From: an uncultured bacterium
GTDB taxonomy: Bacteria > Verrucomicrobiota > Lentisphaeria > Victivallales > Victivallaceae
DNA length: 47,458 nucleotides
Assembly: GCA_902783135.1 (NCBI GenBank)
Contig: CACZPY010000336.1
Span: 1 to 47,458 of the forward strand
Reading direction: 5' to 3'
In this document: in pieces, positions 27,070 to 36,006 of the stretch
Numbering within the stretch: position 1 is the stretch's first letter
Layout: each line of letters starts with the position of its first letter
Notes under the pieces: model-generated
Seen by the model: the letters and a program-made list of their open reading frames with translations, nothing else
Told to the model about the DNA's origin: nothing
Databases searched by the model: none
Program-made: the position numbers and the translations under genes

Positions 27070-27825
27070 ATGATCCTGCTGCGGAGCACAGCCGTATATT
27101 TGGCGACCCTTCTATGGGCGCTGATATTCTGGGTGGCGGTGCTGCTGCCGGTGTTGGCGGTATCGGTTCTGCCCGCCGGGAAGCGGCGGCACTGCATGCG
27201 GGTGATGTTGCTGTGGTTCGGTCTGTCGACCGTGCGCTTCGCCTGGCGGCCGTTCTTCCGGATCCGCTTCGAGGATCGCGCCGGACGCGTCCGCAAACCG
27301 GGGATCGTGATCGCGAATCACCGTTCGGCGATCGACGGTTTTCTGGTGTCGCTGCCCAAACTAAGCATGGCGCAGACGGTCAACGACTGGCCGCTGCGGC
27401 TGCCGATCATCGGGCACGTCGCCCGGGCGGCGGGATATCTGAACATCACCAACTGGGATTACGATACGCTGCGTTTGCGGGCGGCGGAGGTCCTGGCGTC
27501 CGGGGACCCGATCGTATCGTACCCGGAGGGGACCCGCTCAGAGAGCCGCACGATGGGACCTTTCCGCAGCGGGATATTCCATGTGGCGTTGGAGTTGAAA
27601 GTGCCGATTTATATGTTGTGCATCGCAGGCAACGAATACATGCCGGACCGGAAGTTCCGCTTCCGGGAATTCCGCGATCTGGCGGTACGTTTTCTGGGAC
27701 CGCTGCCGGAGGAGGAGATACGGGAGTGCACCACGGCATATGCGTTAAAGATGAAGGTCTTCCGCCGGATGACCGAAGAACTGGCGTCGCTGGACGCGGA
27801 GCTGGATCATGAAAAAGCACTTTGA
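27070..27825 (+). CDS. PlsC-family (lysophospholipid / 1-acylglycerol-3-phosphate) acyltransferase, membrane-anchored
   Basis: N-terminal hydrophobic helix, HX4D box NHRSAIDG and the PEGTRS motif. Confidence 0.85.
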   Translation: MILLRSTAVYLATLLWALIFWVAVLLPVLAVSVLPAGKRRHCMRVMLLWFGLSTVRFAWRPFFRIRFEDRAGRVRKPGIVIANHRSAIDGFLVSLPKLSMAQTVNDWPLRLPIIGHVARAAGYLNITNWDYDTLRLRAAEVLASGDPIVSYPEGTRSESRTMGPFRSGIFHVALELKVPIYMLCIAGNEYMPDRKFRFREFRDLAVRFLGPLPEEEIRECTTAYALKMKVFRRMTEELASLDAELDHEKAL

Positions 27826-29098
27826 GTTGTCGGAGGATCGTTCTTTCGCCTCGCGCGAAGAAGTGAGAAGCCTGCAGGATCGTCTGCTCGCCGAACAGAT
27901 ACGCTATTGCCGGACCGAGTCGCCGTTCTACCGCGGCAGACTTGCCGGCTTCCCGGACCGGGAGTACGACTTCGATTCCCTCCGGGAACTGCCGACGACC
28001 TCGAAACAGGATCTGGCTGAACATAACGAAGAGTTTTTCGCCGTCCCCGTGACCGGGATCGCCGACATCTGCTTCACGAGCGGCACCACCGGTACGCCCT
28101 GCCGGATCGTCTACACGGCGGCCGACCTCGACCGCCTCGCCTACAACGATGCCTGCGGCTACCGCGCGGCGGGGATGCTCCCCGGCGAAAAGGTGCTTTT
28201 GACCTGTACCATCGACCGCTGCTTCATCGCGGGGCTGGCGTACTATCAGGGCGTGGTCAAACTCGGCGCGGCGGCGATCCGGAACGGGCTGAACACGCTC
28301 GACAGCCACGCCGAAGTGATCCGAACGCTCCGCCCGGAAAACATCGTCGGCGTCCCGAGTTTTCTCGCCAAACTGGGGCAGTATCTCGCCGATAACGGGA
28401 TCGACGGCAGCTGCGTCAGGCGCCTCGTCTGCATCGGGGAGCCCGCCCGCAACCGCAATATGGAGCCGACGCCGCTCGGAGCGAAGCTCGACGGATTTTG
28501 GCCGGGCGCGGTGCATTCGACTTACGCCTCCAGCGAGATCGTCACGAGTTTCACCGAATGTTCCGCCCGGTGCGGCGGTCATCCGCCCGCCGATCTGGCG
28601 GTGGTCGAGATCCTCGACGACGCGGGCAACCGCGTACCCGACGGCGAAGTCGGGGAAGTCACCGTGACGCCGCTGCAGGTGACGGGGATGCCGCTCGTGC
28701 GCTTCCGCACCGGCGACGTGAGTTTCATCATTCCGGAGCCGTGTCCCTGCGGCCGCGGCACGCTGCGGCTGGGACCGATCCTCGGGCGCAAGGCGCAGAT
28801 GCTCAAGGTGCGCGGCACGACGTTGTTCCCGAATGCATTTTTCAACGTTCTCGACGGCATCCCCGGCGTGGTCGAATATTACATGGAGGTCCGCGGCACC
28901 GCGCTCTCGGACGAGATCACGATCTGCGTCGCCTGCCGCGACGGCGCGTCTCCGGAAGATCTGGGCGTTCAAGAAAAATTGTACGGCCGCACCCGGATCC
29001 ACGTGCCGGTGGTCGCCGTCGACCCGGCGGCGGCGCGGCAAAAAGTTTTCGGCGTTTCGCGCAAACCGGTGCGCTTCTTTGATTTGAGGAAGTATTGA
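27809..29098 (+). CDS. PaaK-family adenylate-forming enzyme (coenzyme F390 synthetase-like; ApeH-position starter-activating ligase)
   Basis: 429 aa with the motif FTSGTTGTPCRIV. It overlaps the acyltransferase by 17 nt. Confidence 0.8.
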   Translation: MKKHFELSEDRSFASREEVRSLQDRLLAEQIRYCRTESPFYRGRLAGFPDREYDFDSLRELPTTSKQDLAEHNEEFFAVPVTGIADICFTSGTTGTPCRIVYTAADLDRLAYNDACGYRAAGMLPGEKVLLTCTIDRCFIAGLAYYQGVVKLGAAAIRNGLNTLDSHAEVIRTLRPENIVGVPSFLAKLGQYLADNGIDGSCVRRLVCIGEPARNRNMEPTPLGAKLDGFWPGAVHSTYASSEIVTSFTECSARCGGHPPADLAVVEILDDAGNRVPDGEVGEVTVTPLQVTGMPLVRFRTGDVSFIIPEPCPCGRGTLRLGPILGRKAQMLKVRGTTLFPNAFFNVLDGIPGVVEYYMEVRGTALSDEITICVACRDGASPEDLGVQEKLYGRTRIHVPVVAVDPAAARQKVFGVSRKPVRFFDLRKY

Positions 29099-29100
29099 CC

Positions 29101-30546
29101 ATGACCGTCTTCGATGTTCATAAGTTCGACTACACCCCGGAGGAGGCGCTCGACACGGCGAAGCAGGGGAAACTGCTCTCCGCCGAGATCGAGTTCAACC
29201 GCAGCTGCAACTACCGCTGTCCGTACTGCTACGCGGTGAACGACCCCGCCGCCGTGCTGCCGCACGAAACGGCGCTGCAGGTGATCCGCGACGTGGCGAA
29301 ACTCGGAGCGCGCAAGATCGTGGTGCTCGGCGGCGAACCATTGCTCTGCCGGAATCTTCGGGAATACATACTGCTCGCGGAATCGCTCGGCATGGGGACG
29401 GAGATATTCACCAACGCCGCGCTGATCGACGAATCTTGGGCGCGTTTCTTCTGCGAACACGAGTGCCGGGTGGCGGTCAAACTCAATTCGCTGGATCCGG
29501 AAATACAGGAGAAACTGACCGGGGTGCCGGGCGCGTTGGACAGCGCCCTGCGGGCGATCCGGCTGCTTCAGGACGCCGGCATGGACGAACGGCGCCTCGC
29601 GGCGAGTTCGGTGATCTGCTCGGCAAACGAACACGAGGCGGTCGCGCTGTGGAAGTATCTGCGGGACCACCGCATAAAACCCTATCTCGAGATCATGACC
29701 CCGCAGGGGCGGCTGCTGGAAAACCGCGATCTGGAGGTGCATCCGCACCGCCTGAAGGAGATCTTCGACGAGATCGCCGCCTTCGACCGTTCGCGGGGCT
29801 TCGAATGGGAGCCGCAGCCGCCGCTGGTGGGGGCGAAGTGCCTGCGTCACCAGTTCTCGTGCGTGGTCAGCGCCAACGGCGACGTGATCCCGTGCGTGGG
29901 GCTGACGGTGAAACTCGGCAACGTGTTGGAACAGCCGCTGCCGGACATTCTTTTCAACAGCAACATCATGCGGCGGCTCAAGGATTTCCGCAACACGATC
30001 AAGGGGCCGTGCCGCAGTTGCGACATGGCGGAAAACTGCTACGGCTGCCGGGGGGCGGCATACCAGCTTACGGGGGACTATCTGGCGAGCGATCCGCTCT
30101 GCTGGCGGAACTGCGACGAACTGTTGTTCAAGCCGCCGCTCATCCCCTGCGACGCGCCGCAATTCCTGCCCCACCGGCCGCCGATGACTATGGTCACCCG
30201 GCTGCTGGAGCTCGGCGAATGGTCCACCATCGAGGCGGTGATAACCCCGGACAACCGTTTTCTGCGCGACGGCGTGTTCGATCCCGAAGCGCTGCCCGAG
30301 ATCGTCGCGCAGTCCTGCGCCGCGGTCACCGGCTTCGAGCAGGCGGACCGGAACATCAAAGGGATGCTGACCGGATTGCGGAACTTCGAAGCGCTTTCTC
30401 CGGTGTACGGCGGCGACATTCTGCACGTGGTGGTGCGCGAGACCGCGGAACTGGACGATTATCACATCGCCGAGTTCCAGATCCGCCGCGCCGGAAACGG
30501 CGAACTGTGCGCGCGGGGAGAAATGTCGATATGCCGCATCCCCTGA
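29101..30546 (+). CDS. Radical SAM / SPASM-domain enzyme fused to a C-terminal COG4706-type hotdog (3-hydroxyacyl-ACP dehydratase-like) domain
   Basis: CX3CX2C at CNYRCPYC (29206-29229). A Cys-rich auxiliary-cluster region follows: C..C..GDVIPC then CRSCDMAENCYGC (30010-30048). The tail from about 30157 (LPHRPPMTMVTRLLE ... GMLTGLRNFEALSPVYGGDILH ...) resembles ApeI-type hotdog dehydratases. The start is ATG 29101; TTG 29095 would overlap the upstream stop. Confidence 0.85.
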   Translation: MTVFDVHKFDYTPEEALDTAKQGKLLSAEIEFNRSCNYRCPYCYAVNDPAAVLPHETALQVIRDVAKLGARKIVVLGGEPLLCRNLREYILLAESLGMGTEIFTNAALIDESWARFFCEHECRVAVKLNSLDPEIQEKLTGVPGALDSALRAIRLLQDAGMDERRLAASSVICSANEHEAVALWKYLRDHRIKPYLEIMTPQGRLLENRDLEVHPHRLKEIFDEIAAFDRSRGFEWEPQPPLVGAKCLRHQFSCVVSANGDVIPCVGLTVKLGNVLEQPLPDILFNSNIMRRLKDFRNTIKGPCRSCDMAENCYGCRGAAYQLTGDYLASDPLCWRNCDELLFKPPLIPCDAPQFLPHRPPMTMVTRLLELGEWSTIEAVITPDNRFLRDGVFDPEALPEIVAQSCAAVTGFEQADRNIKGMLTGLRNFEALSPVYGGDILHVVVRETAELDDYHIAEFQIRRAGNGELCARGEMSICRIP

Positions 30547-31139
30547 CACTGATATTGTGCCTGTCGGCGCTGACCGTTGCCGCGGCGGGACCGGATACCG
30601 CCGCCGGAATGCTGAAAATCGCGAAGCCCCGGGTGGTCGCCGCCGATTTCGTGCAGACACGCCGCCTCGCCGATCTCGACATGGAGGTGCGGATCACCGG
30701 CAGCATGGTCAGCGAACTGGACGGCAGACTGCGCTGGCAGGTCGATTCTCCCGTGCGGAGCGTGACCGTGATCGACCGGGAAAAACTCACCCATTACGAC
30801 GGCGAAACGAAACAATTGGCGGTGATCCGTCAGGATGGATTCCCGTGGCTAAAGGTCCTGCGCGATTCGCTGGACGACTGGCTCTCGGGCGACCGGGAGC
30901 GTCTCGCCGCGCGCTTCGATCTGACCGTGCCGAAACCGCGGGTCCTCCATTTGGAACCGCGCGACGCGACACAGCGAAAACTCTACAGAAGCGTCGAGAT
31001 CGAGCTTGCCGAAGATTCCCGTTCCATCGCCGCCATCCGGATCGAAGAGGGCGCCGGCGACCGCCTGGAGATCCGTTTCGCGCATATCCGCCACGATCCA
31101 CAGCTGCCGCCGGATATCTGGCGGATGCCGCCGCGATGA
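30531..31139 (+). CDS. LolA-like periplasmic lipid/lipoprotein carrier (ApeL position), signal peptide
   Basis: 202 aa read from the tail of track ORF 29436..31139. It starts at ATG 30531 with the signal peptide MPHPLTLILCLSALTVAAAG. The call rests on size, secretion signal and position in front of the MMPL exporter. Direct motif evidence is weak. Confidence 0.55.
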   Translation: MPHPLTLILCLSALTVAAAGPDTAAGMLKIAKPRVVAADFVQTRRLADLDMEVRITGSMVSELDGRLRWQVDSPVRSVTVIDREKLTHYDGETKQLAVIRQDGFPWLKVLRDSLDDWLSGDRERLAARFDLTVPKPRVLHLEPRDATQRKLYRSVEIELAEDSRSIAAIRIEEGAGDRLEIRFAHIRHDPQLPPDIWRMPPR

Positions 31140-34099
31140 AGTCGCGTACCGAACAGCTGATCCGCGCCTGCGGACGACACCGCGCGGCGATACTTGCGGC
31201 GTTGGCGGCGCTGGGAGCGCTGGCGATACTCGCCACGGTGTTTTTCGGACACTTCACCAACGATATGAGCCGCCTCTTCCCCAACACGCGGGAGACGCGG
31301 GCGCTCTTCCGGATACTGCATGACGCGCACCTGGCCGACACGGTGCAGCTGGAGTTCGTCGGCACCGGCGACATCACGCTCCACCGCGCCTATCTCGAGA
31401 GCACGGCGGAAAAACTCGCCCGATCGCCGCTGCTCCGGCAGGTCACCTTCCGTTACCGCTCCGACGATCCCGCCGCCGAACTCGCGTCGTTCGCCGCGCT
31501 CGCGCCGCGTTTTCTCCCCCCGGAGGTGCTGAACGGCAGTTACCCGGAGAACGCCGCCGTGAACGCCCTCCGGCAGCTCGCCTTTCCGGTACCGGGACAA
31601 GCCCGCCGACTGCGGATGCAGCCCTTCGGCTGGGAAAAGACGCTGCTGAGCAAACTTCAAAAATTGGACGCGGCGACCGGAATGGACCTCGCGCCGGAGT
31701 TGCCGTTCTTCGTGAGCGCCGACCGCCGCCGCGCGATGATCGCAGCCGAAACGGAGGTCCGCATCGGCGACGCCGACGCGGTGCGTGAACTCTTCGCGGA
31801 ACTGAGGCGCTGCGCCGCTCCCCTGCCCTCCGGCGTCGAGCTGCGGATCATCTCGGGATGCTCCCACACCCTCGGCAACGAGGAGGTGCTCAAACGCGAC
31901 GCCGCCATCGCGGGCGCGGTGTCGCTGGCGCTGTTTCTCGGGCTGTTCCTGTGGGCGTACCGCGGCGACAGGCGGGCGCTGTGGATACCGTTGCTGCCGC
32001 TCTACTCCTCGCTGCTGGCGCTCGGGATCATGGTGCTGTGCTTCCGCGAGATCTGTCTCTACGTGATCGGGCTCGGCGGATGCATCACCGGGCTGGCGGT
32101 GGATCAGGGGATACACGTCTACGCCGCCTTCCGGGGCGAAAACGCCGAACGCCGGACCGCCGCGCTCACGCTGCCGATGCTGCTGTCGGCGGCGACGAGC
32201 ATCGCGGTCTTCGCCTTCCTCGGGCTGACGGGGATAAGCGCCTATCTGCAACTGGCGGTTTTCGCGGGGCTGTCGCTCGCCTTCAGCGCGCTGCTGGCGC
32301 TGTTGGTGCTGCCGATGCTGCTGGATCGCGGCCGCGAACTCCGCCGGATCTTCCCCGAACTGCCGCCGCGTCCGGGCAGCCGTTGGGCGGCGGCGGCAGT
32401 CGTCATCGGCGCGGCGCTGCTGATCGCCGCGCTGCCCGGAGTATTCGGTAACGCCGACTTCGCGCTGGATTCGCTGGATGGTACGCCGGAAAGGATCCGC
32501 GCCGAAGAAGCGGATTTCCGCCGCGCGTGGCACCGCAAAGGGACCGCTCGGGAGACGGCGGTCCTCGCCGCCGCCGGGAGCGACCGCGAGGCGGCGCTCG
32601 AACACCTTTCCGCCATCTGCGCCGAACTCGAACGAACCGGGATCGATGCGGCGGTCCCGCCGCGTCCCCCGCTTTGCGTTCAGGCGGAAAACCGCCGCGC
32701 GTGGCGCACGCCGGAGGTCGCCGCCAAGATCGCCCGCCTCGCGGAGGAGTGCCGCGCCGCCTGCGCCAAACACCGCCTGCCGCAGGAGTTCTTCCAACCG
32801 TTCTTTTCCGCGCTGACGCGGGCGATCGCCGCGGACGACTTCCGACTGCCGCCGATTCTCGAACACATCGACCGCAAGATGATAAAATCCCACGGGAAAA
32901 GCGCCGCCGCCGTCGCGCTGCTGCGCGATACGCCGGAAAACGTGCGCGCGGTGCGCCAAGTGCTGAAGGCGCGGAACGACGAACACGCGGCGCTGCTTTC
33001 CAAAGGCGGATTCCGGGCGCTGCTCCGCGAAGAATCGGGCGGGCGCTTTCTGTGGCTGCTCGCGTTGAGCGTCGCCGCCGCGCTGCTGCTCGTCTACATG
33101 GTGTTCCGCAACTTTGCCGACATGCTCTTGGCGATGGTGCCGGTGCTGCTCGCGTGGTCGGCGGTGGCGCTGCTCGTGCGGCTGACGGGCTTCCGGGCGA
33201 CTCCGGCGGCAGCGTTCGCGGCGGTGCTGCTGACCGGACTGGCGGTGGACTACGGGATCTACGCGGTCTGCCAGCTGCGCCGTCCGGACGAACTCGACAC
33301 GCACGATCCGATCCTGCTGTCGGCGGCGACGACGATCGCAGGTGCGGCGGCGCTGCTGGCGTCGCGCCATCCGGCGCTCTTCGGCACGGGAGCGGTACTG
33401 GCGCCGGGGATCTTCGTCGCCTGCCTGAGCGGAGTGTACATCGTGCCGCGCCTCGGCAAAGTCTCCTTGGGCAAAGTGCCGACCGCACTGTGGGCGATAA
33501 TGCTGCTGTTCCTCGCCGGATGCGCACACACCGTGCCGTGGCAGGAGTTCCCCGAACGCGAAGCGCAGGAGCGGCGGATGCAACTCTATCCCGGATCCGC
33601 TTTCCGGCTTCAGGCGACGACGACGGCGGAGTTCCGCGGACGGCAGTTCCGCTTCGTGCTGGCGGCGGAGATCGATCCGGAAACGGACAAGGTCAAACTG
33701 GCGGGGGTCGATCCCGGCTCCGGCGCGCTGTTGTTCCGCAGCGACGAAGCTGCCGGCGGAGCGCCCCGCCCCGGTCCCGCGCTCGCGGCGGACCCGCCGG
33801 AAGCGCTGCTGAAGTTCATTTCGGGTCTTCCCGACGATCTGCGGAGGATTTTTACCGCTAAAAACGCTCCGCCGCTTGCCGCGGAGGAGAAAACGGAGTA
33901 TATTGCCGTATATTCAAACGCGCCGGTGGAGTGGCGCCTCCGCCGCGACGGCTCGGCGGAAAAACGCGGCGGCGGGATATTCGCCGGAACGTGGCGGGCG
34001 GAATACCGCGACACGGGGCGACATGTGGTTTACCGCCGGAACGCGGTGGGATACGATTACACATTGGTTTTGACAATAAACAATTTGCGGCGTAAGTGA
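31136..34099 (+). CDS. MMPL/RND-superfamily exporter (ApeM-like) reading in frame into a C-terminal lipobox-containing ~190-aa domain
   Basis: ATG 31136 (MKSRTEQLIR) overlaps the upstream stop as ATGA. There are two bundles of ~6 TM helices (..AIAGAVSLALFLGLFLWAY.. and ..FLWLLALSVAAALLLVYMVF..), each preceded by a soluble loop. No stop codon occurs before 34099. Confidence 0.75.
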   Translation: MKSRTEQLIRACGRHRAAILAALAALGALAILATVFFGHFTNDMSRLFPNTRETRALFRILHDAHLADTVQLEFVGTGDITLHRAYLESTAEKLARSPLLRQVTFRYRSDDPAAELASFAALAPRFLPPEVLNGSYPENAAVNALRQLAFPVPGQARRLRMQPFGWEKTLLSKLQKLDAATGMDLAPELPFFVSADRRRAMIAAETEVRIGDADAVRELFAELRRCAAPLPSGVELRIISGCSHTLGNEEVLKRDAAIAGAVSLALFLGLFLWAYRGDRRALWIPLLPLYSSLLALGIMVLCFREICLYVIGLGGCITGLAVDQGIHVYAAFRGENAERRTAALTLPMLLSAATSIAVFAFLGLTGISAYLQLAVFAGLSLAFSALLALLVLPMLLDRGRELRRIFPELPPRPGSRWAAAAVVIGAALLIAALPGVFGNADFALDSLDGTPERIRAEEADFRRAWHRKGTARETAVLAAAGSDREAALEHLSAICAELERTGIDAAVPPRPPLCVQAENRRAWRTPEVAAKIARLAEECRAACAKHRLPQEFFQPFFSALTRAIAADDFRLPPILEHIDRKMIKSHGKSAAAVALLRDTPENVRAVRQVLKARNDEHAALLSKGGFRALLREESGGRFLWLLALSVAAALLLVYMVFRNFADMLLAMVPVLLAWSAVALLVRLTGFRATPAAAFAAVLLTGLAVDYGIYAVCQLRRPDELDTHDPILLSAATTIAGAAALLASRHPALFGTGAVLAPGIFVACLSGVYIVPRLGKVSLGKVPTALWAIMLLFLAGCAHTVPWQEFPEREAQERRMQLYPGSAFRLQATTTAEFRGRQFRFVLAAEIDPETDKVKLAGVDPGSGALLFRSDEAAGGAPRPGPALAADPPEALLKFISGLPDDLRRIFTAKNAPPLAAEEKTEYIAVYSNAPVEWRLRRDGSAEKRGGGIFAGTWRAEYRDTGRHVVYRRNAVGYDYTLVLTINNLRRK
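33443..34099 (+). other. Possible nested in-frame lipoprotein gene (ApeN/DUF3261 position) within the exporter ORF
   Basis: An in-frame GTG at 33443 would give M-PRLGKVSLGKVPTALWAIMLLFLAG-C: a positively charged n-region, an h-region and the lipobox LAGC. The Cys codon is at 33521-33523. The mature domain would be 192 aa. Confidence 0.4.
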
Positions 34100-34101
34100 T
34101 C

Positions 34102-34488
34102 ATGAGCGGCAATGATTCGGTGATCGGCGCGGAACTGCGTTCGCGCGTGAAGGATCTGCGGCAGACGGCGGAAAAGGAATACAGTTGCTCCATGGGTTTC
34201 GATCCGGGATTTCGGGGCTTCGAAGGGCATTTCGAGGGCAATCCGATCGTCCCCGGAGTCTGTCTGATCGAGACGGCGCGCGTCGTCGCCGAAACGGTAT
34301 TGGGCAGAAGTCTCGCCACGCGCCGCGTGCCGCAATGCCGTTTCCGCCGTCCGATCTTTGCGGAAGATCGCGCCGAGGTCAAACTGAAACTCGAAGCGGT
34401 GGAACCGGGTACGTGGAAACTCAATGCCGACATCCGTGTCGGCGGCGTCATCTGCGCACAGCTGCGCTCGAACGCGGAGGAGTTATGA
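34102..34488 (+). CDS. FabZ/FabA-like hotdog 3-hydroxyacyl-ACP dehydratase (ApeP position)
   Basis: Carries the motif FEGHFEGNPIVPGVCLIE. ATG 34102 was chosen; the in-frame GTG 34096 overlaps the upstream stop. Confidence 0.8.
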   Translation: MSGNDSVIGAELRSRVKDLRQTAEKEYSCSMGFDPGFRGFEGHFEGNPIVPGVCLIETARVVAETVLGRSLATRRVPQCRFRRPIFAEDRAEVKLKLEAVEPGTWKLNADIRVGGVICAQLRSNAEEL

Positions 34489-34958
34489 GAAGGCGTAAAA
34501 GTTACTTCGCCACGGAGCCGGAAGCCCCCGCGCCGCTGAAAATCACCATCCGCCGCCGCACCGCCTTCAGCGAAGTCGACGCGATGGCGGTCGCCTGGCA
34601 CGGCAACTATCTGCGCTTCTTCGAGGCGGCGCACTCCGAACTGATGCAGAAGATCGGTCTCGGCTTCGCCGAATACGCGAAGTACGATCTCGCCGCGCCG
34701 GTCGTCCAGAGCCATGTGGACTACTATTCGCCGCTGTTCTTGGACGAGGAGTTCACCGTGTGTGCCGAACTTTACTGGAACGACGGCGCCCGGCTCGACA
34801 CCGCGTACACCGTCCGGGGCAACGACGGCAGGCTCTGCGCCACCGGCTACACCGTCCAGATGTTCTGCGGTCTCCGCACCCGGGAGGCGTACATCTTCCC
34901 GCCGGAGCCGGTCGCCGCGATGCGCGAAAAGTGGCGCAACGGAGAACTGCATGGCTGA
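34485..34958 (+). CDS. 4HBT/YbgC-type acyl-(ACP/CoA) thioesterase (ApeK position)
   Basis: 157 aa from the tail of track ORF 34185..34958. ..FSEVDAMAVAWHGNYLRFFEAA.. is a typical 4HBT N-terminal motif. ATGA overlap with the dehydratase. Confidence 0.8.
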   Translation: MRRRKSYFATEPEAPAPLKITIRRRTAFSEVDAMAVAWHGNYLRFFEAAHSELMQKIGLGFAEYAKYDLAAPVVQSHVDYYSPLFLDEEFTVCAELYWNDGARLDTAYTVRGNDGRLCATGYTVQMFCGLRTREAYIFPPEPVAAMREKWRNGELHG

Positions 34959-36006
34959 AGCACCGGTATTCATCCTCGGAACGGCGGCGGCAACGCCCTT
35001 CGGCGGCACGGTGCGCGAAAACTGCGACGCGCTCTTCGCCGGACGCACCGCCTTTGCCCCGCCGCGCCACTTCGACGGCAGGGGACGGCGGCTCGGGATC
35101 GATCCGGAGTTGGACGGCGGCGACGGTTCCCGCGCCGAAAGGCTGCTGTGCAAACTCCGCGACTCCATCGACTTCGCGATCCCGCCGGGGACGAGGCTCT
35201 TCGTCGCGACGACCGTCGGAGCCATCGACCTTCTGGAGCGCGGCGCGGAGATCGACACCGCACGGGAGTTCCTGCTCATGGCGGAGCGGATATTCGGGAT
35301 ATCCGGCGGCACCTTGGTATCCGCCGCCTGCGCTTCGGGTCAGACGGCGGCGGCGCTGGCGATGCGCGAACTGCGATGCGGAACTTGCCGCCATGCGCTG
35401 GTCGTCGGCGGCGATATCGCGAGCGAATTCGTGACGACCGGATTCGCCGCGCTCGGCGCATTGTCGCGCACGGTCTGCCGCCCCTATGACGCGGAGCGCG
35501 ACGGGCTGACCCTCGGCGAGAGCGTCGCCGCGCTGCTGTTGGGCGGCGACGATCCGGGGATGGGAAAAATCACCGGCGCGGCGGAAAATTGCGATGCCGC
35601 GCACATCACTTCGCCCGACCTTTCCGGCAGAATGCTCGCCGCCGCCTGCCGCGCGGCGATGGGAGAAAACCCGCCCGACGCGGTGATCGGTCACGGCACC
35701 GGCACCGTCTACAACGATCAGGCGGAGATCGCCGCCCTCGGAGCGCTCTTTGACGGACACACTCCGCCCCTGTTCTCGCTCAAGGGGAACTGCGGCCACA
35801 CCCTCGGAGCGACCGGGGTACTGCAGATCGCCCTCGGTCTGGAATTCGCGCGGCGGCGGATGCTGCCGCCGCAGGCGGGACTGCGCACTCCGATGCCGGG
35901 AGCGAACGTCGCAACGACGGCGCGCCGGACCGGCGGCGCGCGGATATTGTCGCTCAACGTCGGTTTCGGCGGCATCAACAGCGCCGTGGCACTGGAGGCG
36001 CTATGA
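34951..36006 (+). CDS. Short beta-ketoacyl synthase (ApeO-like), active-site complete
   Basis: 351 aa from ATG 34951, with motifs ..VSAACASG.., ..IGHGTGT.. and ..GNCGHTLGATG... Confidence 0.85.
   Translation: MAEAPVFILGTAAATPFGGTVRENCDALFAGRTAFAPPRHFDGRGRRLGIDPELDGGDGSRAERLLCKLRDSIDFAIPPGTRLFVATTVGAIDLLERGAEIDTAREFLLMAERIFGISGGTLVSAACASGQTAAALAMRELRCGTCRHALVVGGDIASEFVTTGFAALGALSRTVCRPYDAERDGLTLGESVAALLLGGDDPGMGKITGAAENCDAAHITSPDLSGRMLAAACRAAMGENPPDAVIGHGTGTVYNDQAEIAALGALFDGHTPPLFSLKGNCGHTLGATGVLQIALGLEFARRRMLPPQAGLRTPMPGANVATTARRTGGARILSLNVGFGGINSAVALEAL

Noticed and set aside
28969-30660. 563-aa minus-strand ORF, with similar ORFs at 37723..39297, 39224..40921 and 41839..43488
   Set aside because: All are antisense to motif-bearing plus-strand genes (radical SAM, acyltransferase/ACP, KS-CLF, fabF). 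They have no motifs of their own.
30557-31135. N-terminal 193 codons of the 1180-aa track ORF (30557..34099)
   Set aside because: This stretch overlaps the LolA-like gene in another frame and is Arg/Gly-rich. The exporter sequence begins convincingly at ATG 31136 (MKSRTEQLIR followed by the first TM helix) with an ATGA junction.
30983-33583. 866-aa minus-strand ORF
   Set aside because: It lies antisense to the MMPL exporter. Its composition is extremely Arg/Gln/Glu/Pro-rich and it has no domain signature. Shadow ORF.
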